Below, piece by piece: positions 27,930-37,449 of a DNA stretch of 64,000 nucleotides. How positions within the stretch are numbered: position 1 is the first letter of the stretch; the number at the start of each line of letters is the position of its first letter. The translations under genes were made by a program, and so were the position numbers. The stretch lies in assembly GCA_937935355.1 (NCBI GenBank), contig CALGYR010000109.1, forward strand, positions 403 to 64,402. The letters run 5' to 3'. This DNA is from an uncultured bacterium (lineage in GTDB: Bacteria > Planctomycetota > SZUA-567 > JAKLDR01). Below the pieces are notes generated by a model. The model was not told the DNA's origin. It saw only the letters and a list, made by a program, of their open reading frames with translations, and ran no database searches.

Positions 27930-29198
27930 TCAATGTACCGAGCACGAGAAGCACGGGTCGTACGCCCTCACCAGCATCTCGCAGGCCAGCCTGATCTCCG
28001 CCGCCGGCCGGTCCTCCAGGAGGGCCACGAGCGCCCGGAGGTCCTCCTCCATGGAGAGGAAGTTGTGGACGGTCGGCGTGGCGATGTCCGCGCGCTCGAC
28101 GACGCCCTTGCGGTTAACCGCGTAGGAGTGATAGAGGAGCCCCCGCGGCGCCTCGGTGGCCGCCGCGCCCTCGCCGGCGGCTGGCTGCACCGCCGGGCGC
28201 TCGGGCCGGGGTGAGAGCCCCTCAAGCAGCTCGATGCAGTCCTCCACCGCCTGGACGACCTCCACGGCCTGGGCCAGGTTGTTGTGGAAGGGGTTCCGGT
28301 CCGGGAGCGCGAGGCCCGCCTCCCCGGCCGCGTCGCGCGCCGGAGCCGACAGCCGGTCGGCGTTGAGGTTCATCCTGGCCAGCGCCCCGACCATCATCGC
28401 GCCCCGGCCGCGCAAGGTCGCGCGCTTGGTCATTGCGTAGGGGACCTGCTCCTCGCCGATGGCCGTCCGGTACTCCGACTCCGCGACGGCCAGGCCGGCG
28501 GTGGAGGCGACGATCCCGACGTTGTCCGAGTAGCGCTCCGCCGGCCGGAGCGCCACGAATTCGCGGTCGCGCTCGAGTTGCGGCGTCTGGAACCGGGCCA
28601 CGGTCCGGACCAGCTCGCGGGCGTCGGGCCGGATGGCGATGAGCCGCTCCCGGGCCCCGGCGAGCTCCGCGGCCGGGGGCACGCGCGTGAAGCCGCCCAC
28701 CACCGTCCCGATGGGATGGAGCGGCCGGCCGCCGCCAACCAGCGCGGTGAGGTCGTTGACGGCCTCGCGCATCCGGAGCAGCCTGGCCACGTGCTCGCCG
28801 TGAGCCGGGAGCATCTCCGGGAACCCGGCGAGGCTCAGGTGGTCGGGCATGACCAGGGCGTAGAGGTGCACGAGGTGGCTGGCCGCCACCTGGCTCGTCG
28901 TCTCGATGAGCCGGAGGCGGCGGGTCTGTTCGCTCGGCTCGATGCCCATGGCGTTCTCGAGCGCCCGGATGGCGGTGAGCATGTGCGAGACCGGGCAGAT
29001 GCCGCAGATCCGCGAGACGATGTCCCCGACCTCGTCGTAGCGCCGGCCGACCAGGAAGCCCTCGAAGAAGCGCGGCGGTTCGAAGATGCGCAGGCGAACG
29101 GTCTCTCCGCCCCGGGGCGCGGGCACTCGCACCTCGATGGCCGTCTCGCCCTCCACGCGGGCGAGATAGCCGACGTCGATCTTGCGGCGAGTGGGCAT
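27930..29198 (-). CDS. hydA: [NiFe] hydrogenase large (alpha) subunit, group 3.
   Basis: N-terminal RICGICPVSH and C-terminal DPCFSCSVH Ni-Fe ligands. Start MPTRRK at 29198 with a GGAGGG RBS. Confidence 0.9.
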   Translation of the reverse strand: MPTRRKIDVGYLARVEGETAIEVRVPAPRGGETVRLRIFEPPRFFEGFLVGRRYDEVGDIVSRICGICPVSHMLTAIRALENAMGIEPSEQTRRLRLIETTSQVAASHLVHLYALVMPDHLSLAGFPEMLPAHGEHVARLLRMREAVNDLTALVGGGRPLHPIGTVVGGFTRVPPAAELAGARERLIAIRPDARELVRTVARFQTPQLERDREFVALRPAERYSDNVGIVASTAGLAVAESEYRTAIGEEQVPYAMTKRATLRGRGAMMVGALARMNLNADRLSAPARDAAGEAGLALPDRNPFHNNLAQAVEVVQAVEDCIELLEGLSPRPERPAVQPAAGEGAAATEAPRGLLYHSYAVNRKGVVERADIATPTVHNFLSMEEDLRALVALLEDRPAAEIRLACEMLVRAYDPCFSCSVH

Positions 29199-29222
29199 CA
29201 GACCCCCTCCCTGCGGGGCGAG

Positions 29223-29312
29223 CCGAACAGCCAACAACCAACAGCCAACAACCAGCAGCCAACATCATTGTTGGTTGTTGGACGTTGGTTGTTGGTTGTT
29301 GGCTGTTCGTTC
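29223..29312. repeat. Inverted tandem repeat (CAGCCAACAAC units, a loop, then GTTGTTGG units), near-perfect hairpin.
   Basis: It fills the whole gap between the hydrogenase small-subunit and large-subunit genes. Confidence 0.85.
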
Positions 29313-29318
29313 ATCTGC

Positions 29319-30089
29319 TCACTCCCGATAGAGCTCCACCCCCGGCTGGAACTCGTGGGTGGGGTAGCCGAACTCGCTGAAGCGCCGGGCGATCTCGTCC
29401 GGCGGCTGGCCCATGAGCCGGAACTGGCGGGCGAGCGCCGGGGCGTTGGGCTTCTCCATCGGCCCCCAGCAGGCGTAGCAGGCGCGGCCGTTCGACGGGC
29501 AAAGGGCACCGCAGCCGGCGTTCGTCACCGGGCCCATGCAGGGCAGGTTGTCAGAGACCAGCACGCAGGTGTTGCCGCGCATCTTGCACTCGACGCAGAC
29601 AGCGTAGGCGGCCGTGTCCGGCCGACGGCCGAGCAGGAGCCCCGAGACCACTTCGAGCACCTCTGCCTCGCCCACCGGACAGCCGCGCGCGTAGGCGTCT
29701 ACCCTGACGTAGTGGTCCACCGGCGAGGCCCGGACCGAGTGAACCGTGGAGAGGTCCCGGTAGACCCGGGCCTCGACCTCGCGCTCGTTGACCAGGTTCT
29801 TGATGGCCGGGATGCCGCCGTTGGTTGCGCAGGAGCCGATGGGCACCAGGAAGCCGCTGACGTTCCGGACGTGCTTGAGCTCGTCGGCCTGCCAGGACTC
29901 GGTGATGGTGCCCTCGATCAGGGCCAGGTCGAAGGGGCCCTCGGGGGTGCCGGCGTCGGTCTCCATACGGCCGTAGACCACCTCCACGGCCCCGAGCAGT
30001 TCGGCCACCTTGCGCTGGAAGAAGATGAGCTGGAACTGGCAGCCGGCGCAGCAGCTGTATTTGAAGATGCCCAGGCGCGGCTTCTTCAT
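29319..30089 (-). CDS. hydD: [NiFe] hydrogenase small (delta) subunit, group 3.
   Basis: Start MKKPRLG. Cys clusters CCAGC and GSCATNGG for Fe-S coordination. Confidence 0.9.
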   Translation of the reverse strand: MKKPRLGIFKYSCCAGCQFQLIFFQRKVAELLGAVEVVYGRMETDAGTPEGPFDLALIEGTITESWQADELKHVRNVSGFLVPIGSCATNGGIPAIKNLVNEREVEARVYRDLSTVHSVRASPVDHYVRVDAYARGCPVGEAEVLEVVSGLLLGRRPDTAAYAVCVECKMRGNTCVLVSDNLPCMGPVTNAGCGALCPSNGRACYACWGPMEKPNAPALARQFRLMGQPPDEIARRFSEFGYPTHEFQPGVELYRE

Positions 30090-30919
30090 AACATCGCATC
30101 CGGATACGGCTTCACCTGCGGATACCGGAAGACCGGCCCGTCGGCGCAGACGTAGTTGGGCCCGAGCTGGCAGTGCCCGCAGTGGCCTATGCCGCACTTC
30201 ATCCGGCGCTCGAGCGAGACGAAGACGTCCGCCGGGCGCATGCCCCGGAGCAGCAGTTCGCGCACGGCGAAGCGCATCATGAGCTCCGGCCCGCAGACCA
30301 GGGCCAGCTCCGCCGGGTGCCCCGCCGAGGGATGATCGAGAAGGCCGGTGACCACCCCGCGGGGCCCGTCCCACTTCCAACCGTCGGGGACCTCATCCAC
30401 GGTCAGGCGCACCTCCACGCCCGGAGCCGAGGCCCAGGCGTCGAGGTCCCTGCGGAATAGCAGTTGGCCCGGCTCCCGGCCGCCGTAGAGGACGAGCAGC
30501 CGGCTGCCATCGGGTCTGCGGTCGGCGACCATCTTCTGGAGCAGCGGCCTGAGCGGGATGATCCCGTTGCCACCGGCCACGGCCACCACGTCGCGGCCGG
30601 CGAGCTCCTCCTCGGGCCACGAGGAGCCGTAGGGACCCCGCACCTGGACGGTGCCACCGGGCGCGACGCCGATGAGCGCGCGGGTCACGCTGCCCACGCC
30701 GCGGATGGTGTGGGCGAACTCCCCGTCCCCGCCGATGGCGCTGAAGGTGATGGGCGCCTCGCCGATGCCGGGCAGGCCCACCATGTTGAACTGCCCCGGC
30801 CGGGCGTCCATCCGCGCCGACGAGTCCCGGAGCCTGAGGACCAGGGTCCGGGTGTCGGATGACTCCTCGCTGACGCGAAGGACCTCGGCGTCGAGAGGGA
30901 GGAGGGGGCTGGGGGTCAT
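30086..30919 (-). CDS. hydG: Sulfhydrogenase gamma subunit (FAD/NAD(P)-binding, [2Fe-2S]).
   Basis: Ferredoxin-reductase-like fold (GPYGSS, VAGGNGI) with the C-terminal Cys cluster CGIGHCGHC. Its stop overlaps the hydD start (ATGA). Confidence 0.85.
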   Translation of the reverse strand: MTPSPLLPLDAEVLRVSEESSDTRTLVLRLRDSSARMDARPGQFNMVGLPGIGEAPITFSAIGGDGEFAHTIRGVGSVTRALIGVAPGGTVQVRGPYGSSWPEEELAGRDVVAVAGGNGIIPLRPLLQKMVADRRPDGSRLLVLYGGREPGQLLFRRDLDAWASAPGVEVRLTVDEVPDGWKWDGPRGVVTGLLDHPSAGHPAELALVCGPELMMRFAVRELLLRGMRPADVFVSLERRMKCGIGHCGHCQLGPNYVCADGPVFRYPQVKPYPDAML

Positions 30920-30944
30920 GGGCGGGGGCCTTCACGGGGAAAGG

Positions 30945-31076
30945 CAGAAGGGAGAAAGCAGAAGGCAGAAGGACGAAGGGAGAAGGACGAGGGGCGTGGG
31001 ACAGCCCCTCCTTTTCGGTTTCTGCCTTCTGCCTTCATCCTTCTGCCTTCCCCTTCAGGTCTTCTGCCTTTTCCGT
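30945..31076. repeat. Inverted tandem repeat (GCAGAAGG units, a loop, then CCTTCTGC units).
   Basis: The right arm encodes the hydB C-terminal tail (...KAEDLKGKAEG). Confidence 0.85.
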
Positions 31077-32132
31077 TCGCCGTATCTCCCCGGCGATCTC
31101 GGCCAGGTCGATGCCCGTCGGGCAGAGCCGGATGCAGCGGCCGCATCCGACGCATCCGAAGCAACCGTGCTGCCCGACCCAGTAGCTGAGCTTGTGGCAG
31201 ACGAACTGCCTCAGGCGCGCCTTGCGCGTGGCCCGGAAGTTGCCGAAGTGCACCGCGGCGAAGTTCCGATCCTGGCAGGAGTCCCAGCGCCGGGCGCGCA
31301 CGGTCTCGCGGAGGTCGAGGGAGCTGCGGTCCTGGAGGTCGTAGCAGTAGCAGGTCGGACAGACCATGGTGCAGTTGGTGCACGACAGGCACCGGCCCTC
31401 GCCGACCCGCTCCCAGACCGGGTGCTCGAGGTTGCGCAGGAGCAACTCGGGCAGTCCGCCGATCTCCAGTTTCTTCTTGAAGCGCGAGCGGGCGCTCTCC
31501 TCAAGCCGGTCGCGTTCGGCGTAGTCCGTCTCGGAGGCCTCCGTCATCCGAGTCCCGGCGAGCAGCTCCTCGCCGGGGCGGCTCATGACCTCGACGAGAC
31601 AGTCCCCCTCGAGCTCGGTGAGCAGCAGATCGCAGCCATCGCTCGGCCCCTGATCCATCCACCGGGAGTAGAAGGGGCCGGTGCCGAAAGAGGCGCAGAA
31701 GCACAGCTCCCCGACGTGACGGCAGTTGAGGCCGACGATCAGAGTCTGAGCGCGCCACGCGGCGTAGGAAGGGTCGACGAAGCGCCGGCCCTTTACGGTC
31801 CGATCGAGGACCAGGATCCCGTGCAGGTCGCAGGGATGGACGGCGAGGAGCAGCGACGGGCGCGCGTCGGGCTCGACCGCCCCGGTGGCCACCGCATCGC
31901 CCGCCCGCGTGAATCGCGCCACGTCGACGAGCGGCTTGTACAGGACCTTGGATGGCGGCAGCATGGTCGAGGCGTAGTCCCAATCGACCTGGGCCGCGTC
32001 GGTCACCGGCCGCCAGTGGACCTCGTTCCCTTCGCGGACCGGCGCGACCACTTCGCGCGCCCCGGCCCAGCGGACCACCAGGCCGTGGAGGTCTTCGCGG
32101 GCGAGGCGGCGGGCGGGGAAGGCGGCGGGCAT
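31035..32132 (-). CDS. hydB: Sulfhydrogenase beta subunit (4Fe-4S ferredoxin-like).
   Basis: Multiple CxxCxxCxxxCP motifs. Gene order beta-gamma-delta-alpha matches group 3b hydrogenases. Confidence 0.8.
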   Translation of the reverse strand: MPAAFPARRLAREDLHGLVVRWAGAREVVAPVREGNEVHWRPVTDAAQVDWDYASTMLPPSKVLYKPLVDVARFTRAGDAVATGAVEPDARPSLLLAVHPCDLHGILVLDRTVKGRRFVDPSYAAWRAQTLIVGLNCRHVGELCFCASFGTGPFYSRWMDQGPSDGCDLLLTELEGDCLVEVMSRPGEELLAGTRMTEASETDYAERDRLEESARSRFKKKLEIGGLPELLLRNLEHPVWERVGEGRCLSCTNCTMVCPTCYCYDLQDRSSLDLRETVRARRWDSCQDRNFAAVHFGNFRATRKARLRQFVCHKLSYWVGQHGCFGCVGCGRCIRLCPTGIDLAEIAGEIRRTEKAEDLKGKAEG

Positions 32133-32210
32133 CGGGCTCTCACCTCAACCGGGCTCGAGGGGCGAATGAGCCGGGCGTCCCGGGGCGGGAGCGATCGAGG
32201 GACGGCGGGG

Positions 32211-32418
32211 GCCAACAGGCAACATGCCCCTCGACACACTTCCGCTCGGGGCACTGAGCATGGTCGAAGGGCAACATGAAACACTCAACATGCAATGAAT
32301 CAGTGGAAGGAGCCGATTGTCTTGATGATAGCCATCCGATCTTCGGCGGCTCATTCTCCTCTGCCCCTTGTCCCGCTCTGCGTGTTGCATGTTGCGTGTT
32401 GAATATTGCATGTTGGAC
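32211..32418. repeat. Inverted tandem repeat (CAACATGC units, then GCATGTTG units) with a roughly 75-nt loop.
   Basis: Sits between the hydB start and the stop of the GAF-protein gene. Confidence 0.75.
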
Positions 32419-32419
32419 T

Positions 32420-33487
32420 CTAGATTTTCGGCGGCCGCTCGCCCCAGTCGTACCACTTCCACACCTCGCGGGTGAGGTCGGCGTAGTCCCGCCGCAGGTG
32501 CTCGAAGAGCCGGGCGTTCTCCACCGCGATGGCGCCGTGGTCGGCCAGCGACTTCAGGAAGTCGACGTCCGAGTCCGTGAACCTGTAGGGCACGGAGCTG
32601 TAGACGCGGAGCACGCCCACCGGCCGGCCCTTGACGGCCAGCGGCAGGCAGAGCACGGCCTTGATGCCCTCCCGGCGCGTCTCTTCGGGATATTGAAGCT
32701 GGCCGCCCACCTCGCCGTCGGACAACGACACGACCTTGCCGGAAAGCACCTCGCGGTCGAGCGGGCTCTTGTCGAGCTCCACCGGGCCCTTGCCCTTGTA
32801 CTCGTCGCTGAGGCCGTGGGCGGCCCTGAGGACCAGTCGCCGGCCGTCGTCGTCGAGCATCCGGATGGATGCGCCCTTGAAGCCCAGCACCTCGGCGGCC
32901 TGGCGGACGATGGCCGAGAGCACCGCGGACTCCTCGAGGCTGGAGTTGATGGCCGCGGCGATCTCTCCGAGCACGCGCGTCTGTCGGAAGAGGCGCAGGC
33001 GCTCGAGGACGATGCCGGCGTGGGTCGCCAGGGTCCGGGCCATGGCCTTCTCCTCGTCCGAGAAGGGCCGGACCTCCCGGCGGTAGACGTGCATCACGCC
33101 CACGCACCGGTCCGCCAGGCAAAGCGGGGCGGCCAGGGCCGAGCCGACCTCGCCGGCGGGCGTCCCGCCCCCGGCCGGAAGCCCGTCCTCCGCGGCCACG
33201 TCCCGGACTTCAACGACCGCGCCGCCGATGGCGGCCTTGTCCACGGGGCTGCGGGCCAGTTCCAGCTCGCCCGCACCGACGGCCTGCCCGCTCATCCCCG
33301 CGGCGGAGGCCAGCTTCAGCGTCTCGCGCTTTTCGTCGAGGAGCCGGACCAGGGCGCCGTCGGCCGCCAGAGCCGAGGCCGCCGCCCCGGTCAGATTGTC
33401 GAGGAGCGCCTCGACGCTGGAGCTCGAAGCGATCGACTCGCAGATCCCGCAGAGGCCGCAGTGCATCCCGGCGGATGAGGTTTCCAT
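32420..33487 (-). CDS. Tandem GAF-domain protein with an N-terminal CGLCGIC Cys motif.
   Basis: Two GAF-like segments. It lies upstream of the hydrogenase operon. Confidence 0.7.
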   Translation of the reverse strand: METSSAGMHCGLCGICESIASSSSVEALLDNLTGAAASALAADGALVRLLDEKRETLKLASAAGMSGQAVGAGELELARSPVDKAAIGGAVVEVRDVAAEDGLPAGGGTPAGEVGSALAAPLCLADRCVGVMHVYRREVRPFSDEEKAMARTLATHAGIVLERLRLFRQTRVLGEIAAAINSSLEESAVLSAIVRQAAEVLGFKGASIRMLDDDGRRLVLRAAHGLSDEYKGKGPVELDKSPLDREVLSGKVVSLSDGEVGGQLQYPEETRREGIKAVLCLPLAVKGRPVGVLRVYSSVPYRFTDSDVDFLKSLADHGAIAVENARLFEHLRRDYADLTREVWKWYDWGERPPKI

Positions 33488-33556
33488 AGGCTCGGGCTCC
33501 AGACCGCACTATAAACCCGGCTGGCGCCTCAGGCGATTCCCGTCAGAAACCCCTTA

Positions 33557-33728
33557 ACCACAAAGACACGAAGACACCAAGAGAACACAAAGGGAGACGG
33601 ACTGACTACCATCCGCGGCGTGGGACTCCGGCGACGTGATCGTCACCCGCCGCGCACGGTGGCTCTGCCGTTCTTCGTGTCCTCTTGGTGTCTTGGTGCC
33701 TTGGTGGTTTGGTGCTCGGTGGTTTGGG
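33557..33728. repeat. Inverted tandem repeat of the CACAAAGA/CACCAAGA family with an 80-nt loop.
   Basis: The arms are reverse complements. Sits between the GAF gene and GH130. Confidence 0.8.
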
Positions 33729-33729
33729 C

Positions 33730-34755
33730 CTACCGGCTGAACGGCTCGCAGAGCTTGAGCAGCTCGCCCACGTCGGCGGTGGCCAGGCACTCGACCGTGT
33801 CGGCCGCGCCGTAGTAGATCTTCACCTCGCCGGAGTCTTCCAGGATCATGCCGCCGGGGAAGATCACGTTGTTGCGCAATCCGCCGGAGACCTCGTACCC
33901 GGCCTCCGGGGCGATGAGCGGCCCGCGGTATAGGCCGACGACCTTCGAGGGGTCCTGGCGGTCGAGGAGCATCAGGCCCGCGCAGTAGCGCTTCTGCCAC
34001 TTCTGCTCCCAGCCGTTCTTGCCGCGGTTCTCGTCGCGGTCCACGGTGTGGATGAGGGTCAGCCAGCCCTTCTCGGTGAGCACCGGCGGGGCCGCCGGGC
34101 CGATCTTGTCGTTGGCGTAGGGCACGTCCTCGACGCCCAGGACCAGCGCGGAGTCGCCCCAGTAGCGCAGGTCCGGCGACCAGGACATCCAGACGTCGAA
34201 GCGGTCCTTGCTGCGCGCACGGCTGTAGATGGGGAAGGGCCGCTCCAGGCGCGCGTACCGGCCGCCGATCCTCTCGGGGAAGAGCACCATGTTGCGGTTG
34301 TCCGGGACGGTCAGGTGCAGCACCTCGAACTTCTCGAAGTCGTCGGTCACGGCGATGCCGCCGCGCAGGCCGTGGCGGGTGTCGAGCGCGAAGCACATGT
34401 AGACGCGCCCTTCGAGCACGGTGATGCGCGGATCGTAGGCGCGGATGACCTCGTCGTCGCGCCAGGAGAAGCAGGGCTTGGGGGCGACCTCCCACTTGAC
34501 GCCGTCGGCGCTCGTGGCCAGGCCGATGTTGGTCTCGAGTATCTTGCCGGTGACGTGCTGGTCCGGCGGGTAGACGTCGTTGCGGAAGACCATCACATAC
34601 TTGCCCCGGTACCTGGCGATGCCGGCGTTGTAGACCAGCGTCGCCGGGTAGGGCACGTCTTTAGCCGAAAGCACGGGGTTGGCCGGGTGGCGAACGACCA
34701 CCGGGCTGGACTTGAGCTCACCGATCACAGCAGGCAGTTCCCAGGCCATCTCCAT
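33730..34755 (-). CDS. GH130-family glycoside hydrolase or phosphorylase (beta-mannoside phosphorylase-like).
   Basis: Five-bladed propeller GH130-like sequence. The 313-aa alternative-frame ORF is spurious. Confidence 0.8.
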   Translation of the reverse strand: MEMAWELPAVIGELKSSPVVVRHPANPVLSAKDVPYPATLVYNAGIARYRGKYVMVFRNDVYPPDQHVTGKILETNIGLATSADGVKWEVAPKPCFSWRDDEVIRAYDPRITVLEGRVYMCFALDTRHGLRGGIAVTDDFEKFEVLHLTVPDNRNMVLFPERIGGRYARLERPFPIYSRARSKDRFDVWMSWSPDLRYWGDSALVLGVEDVPYANDKIGPAAPPVLTEKGWLTLIHTVDRDENRGKNGWEQKWQKRYCAGLMLLDRQDPSKVVGLYRGPLIAPEAGYEVSGGLRNNVIFPGGMILEDSGEVKIYYGAADTVECLATADVGELLKLCEPFSR

Positions 34756-34785
34756 CTCCCTTCGTCAACCGGGCGGGCATTCTAA

Positions 34786-34962
34786 CCACGAAGCCACAAA
34801 GACACAAAGACACAAAGACACAAAGACACGAAGGAACACGAAGGACGGCAGCGACTTTCGTGTCCGCGGCGGAAGCTTCCGAGCTCATCGACGAACGTTG
34901 CCGCGCCCATGCCCCAATCTGTTCTTGGTGATGTCTTCGTGTCTTTGTGCCTTTGTGGTTGG
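34786..34962. repeat. Inverted tandem repeat (CACAAAGA)x4, a 78-nt loop, then (TCTTTGTG) units.
   Basis: Same family as the repeat at 33557. The two together bracket the GH130 gene. Confidence 0.85.
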
Positions 34963-35025
34963 ATGGCTTCGCGCCTTTGGCGTCGCCCTGTACTTTGGGA
35001 GACGGCGGCTTAGAATCGCCGGACC

Positions 35026-35280
35026 ATGAGCATCGTTCTGATCGCCGGGATCGCCTTCGTCGCGGCTTTCACCCAGAACCTGGCCGACGAGAAGACCATG
35101 CTCACGGTCCTGGGCGCGGTGATCCTGGCCTACGCGGTCTACGGACTCGTCGCCCCGCGCCTGCCCCGGATCTTGGGTCTTCTGAGGAGAGGCGCCGTTC
35201 AGCGCCGCGCCGCGCCGGGCGCTACCCGGCAGACCGGCCGCCGCCCTCGAGCCCCGGAACTCCGTCCAGGAAACGCCTGA
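35026..35280 (+). CDS. Possible small 2-TM membrane protein, 84 aa.
   Basis: ORF with two hydrophobic helices. It overlaps the convergent hydrolase 3' end, so it is uncertain. Confidence 0.3.
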   Translation: MSIVLIAGIAFVAAFTQNLADEKTMLTVLGAVILAYAVYGLVAPRLPRILGLLRRGAVQRRAAPGATRQTGRRPRAPELRPGNA

Positions 35281-36115
35281 CGCCATCGGTATAGAGCTCT
35301 CCCGATGTGTGGAACCCGGAGTTGTGGCTGCCGTAAATTTCCAGGAAAGCCTTGGGCCCCGGGGCGGCCTCGAACACCTTCCTGCCGAACTCGATGGGCA
35401 GCATCTCGTCCTCGGTGGAGTGCACCGCCAGCAACGGACACTTCACCCGGCGGACCTGCTCGAGATTGTCGAGCCTCGTACGGGCTATGAGCCTCACCGG
35501 CATCCAGGGATAGGCCCGCGCGCCGGCGTCCGGCACGGAGGTGTGCGCGGACTCGATGATCACCGCCGCCGGTCTCACCTCGCCGGCCAGCCTGGTCGCC
35601 ACCGCGCTGCCCAGCGAGCGCCCCCAGATCACGATGCGGTCCGGGGACTCGCATTTGACCTCGACCAACCAGTCCCAGGCAGTCCGGCCGTCGCTGTAGA
35701 TGCCCGCCTCGGAGGGCCGGCCATCGCTCCGGCCGTAGCCGCGATAGTCGAAGATCAGCACGTTGAGTCCCAGCCTGCGGATCTTCTCGATGGTCAGCAG
35801 CCGGTGCGAGATGTTCCCGGCGTTGCCGTGGCAGAAGAGGGCCGTGCCGCGCGCCGGGCCCTCGGCCGGCACGTACCAGGCCCCGAGCGCACAGCCGTCC
35901 GGCGCGCGCAGGGTCACGTCCTCGAAGGGGATCCCGGCAGAGGAAGGGTCGCCGTGCAGGACCCGGCTCGGGGCGAAGATCAGCCGGTCCTGGAAGACGT
36001 AGAGCAGCCCGACCAGGATCAGGTAGATGCCGGGCGGCACGAGCAGCAGGATCGCGAGCATTTTGCGCCACCGCCTGCGGCCTGGCCGGCCGGGTTCGGG
36101 TTCGGGTTCGTTCAT
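35222..36115 (-). CDS. Alpha/beta-fold hydrolase.
   Basis: GRSLG nucleophile elbow, N-terminal TM helix and HGNAGN motif. Confidence 0.8.
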   Translation of the reverse strand: MNEPEPEPGRPGRRRWRKMLAILLLVPPGIYLILVGLLYVFQDRLIFAPSRVLHGDPSSAGIPFEDVTLRAPDGCALGAWYVPAEGPARGTALFCHGNAGNISHRLLTIEKIRRLGLNVLIFDYRGYGRSDGRPSEAGIYSDGRTAWDWLVEVKCESPDRIVIWGRSLGSAVATRLAGEVRPAAVIIESAHTSVPDAGARAYPWMPVRLIARTRLDNLEQVRRVKCPLLAVHSTEDEMLPIEFGRKVFEAAPGPKAFLEIYGSHNSGFHTSGELYTDGVRRFLDGVPGLEGGGRSAG

Positions 36116-36167
36116 CGTCGCCTTCCGGGGATCAATTCATACCAGGGTGCGGCTGGGAATCAACCGC

Positions 36168-37295
36168 CTACCCTCTGAACACCACGGCCGGCTCCAGCCT
36201 GAGCACCCGGACCATGGGCAGCGCGGCCGCGGCGAGGCAGACCAGCACCGCCGCGACGACGGTCGCGACCGCGAAGGCGCCGCTGAGCAGGATCGGCGAG
36301 CCGGAGGCGCGCACCGCCTCGGCCAGCGCCAGGCTGAGCGCCTCGCCGGCCAGTCCTCCGACCAGGGCCACGATCAGCGCCTGGCCACCGACGATGCGCA
36401 GCAGCGCCGCCGCGCCGGCGCCCATGGCTTTCAAGACTCCGAACTCCGCGCGCTGGTCCTGGACCAGGGCGTGCAGCACCTGCCAGACGATGGCCCCGCC
36501 GACCAGGAAGCCGAGCAACGCCGTCAGCAGGAAGGCCGAGCCGACTCCGGTGCCGAAGAGCCAGTAGTTCCTGGTGCGCTCGCCGAACTCCGCCGCGGTC
36601 AGGACGTCGGCCTCGGGCAGCTCGCGCCGGACCGCGTCGCGGAGCGCCTCGGGGGAGGTGCCCGGGGCGGCCTTGACCAGCACGTAGCTGGTCATGCCCG
36701 GCACGGCCCGCGAGGCCTTCTCGGCGTCCTCGTACCGCATGAGCACGTAGGGGTTGGTCGTGAAGCTGCGCATGCCGCTGGTGAAGCCCAGCACCCGGAC
36801 CCGCGCGCCGGTGAGCTCCGCGCAGTCGCCGGGCCCGGTGACTTGCAGACGGCGCCGGTCGGTGCGGTCGATGATCGCCCCGTCGGGAGCGTCGGAGAGG
36901 CCGGCTCCGGCGGGGGAAACCTCCCAGGGAATGCCCAGATGGCCGCCGGGCACGAGCCCGACGACCTCGGTGTTCTCGATGGTGCCCCCGGGGGTCTGCC
37001 AGGCGCCCCAGGCCACCAGCATCTTCTCGGCCCAGAGCGCCCCGGGCGCCGAGCCGGCGCGCTGCGCGTGGGACTCCGGGATGTTGTGGCACATGTCGAA
37101 GTTCGGCGTGCTCGGGGCCATGACCCACACGTCGGCGGGCATGCGCTCGATGAAGACCACCGCGTTGGCCATGAAGCCCGAGAGGATGCCGACCTCCAGG
37201 TTGGCCAGCACCACGGCGAAGATCACGCCGAGCAGCGCGGCGGCGAAGCGCCGCCGGTGGTGGAGAATCGTCCGGCGAGCGAAGGGGACGGCCAC
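36168..37295 (-). CDS. ABC-transporter permease of the FtsX/MacB type.
   Basis: N-terminal TM helix, a roughly 200-aa periplasmic domain and 3 C-terminal TM helices. Confidence 0.8.
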   Translation of the reverse strand: MAVPFARRTILHHRRRFAAALLGVIFAVVLANLEVGILSGFMANAVVFIERMPADVWVMAPSTPNFDMCHNIPESHAQRAGSAPGALWAEKMLVAWGAWQTPGGTIENTEVVGLVPGGHLGIPWEVSPAGAGLSDAPDGAIIDRTDRRRLQVTGPGDCAELTGARVRVLGFTSGMRSFTTNPYVLMRYEDAEKASRAVPGMTSYVLVKAAPGTSPEALRDAVRRELPEADVLTAAEFGERTRNYWLFGTGVGSAFLLTALLGFLVGGAIVWQVLHALVQDQRAEFGVLKAMGAGAAALLRIVGGQALIVALVGGLAGEALSLALAEAVRASGSPILLSGAFAVATVVAAVLVCLAAAALPMVRVLRLEPAVVFRG

Positions 37296-37449
37296 GGGGC
37301 CTCCGGCGGAAGCCCTGCCGGGTCAGTGAACGATCCCCGGGCTCGACGGGAACTCGGCGGAGCGCGCCGCCCTCCCGAGGCTGCGGCGCACCCTGGAGAA
37401 CCATCCGGCTATTCTTCTGGCCATGTCCGTCTCCCTTCAGTTTGTGCGG

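Noticed and set aside
33554-34495. 313-aa ORF overlapping the GH130 gene in another frame.
   Set aside because: It is an Arg/Pro-rich junk translation. The frame at 33730..34755 has a clear GH130-like sequence.
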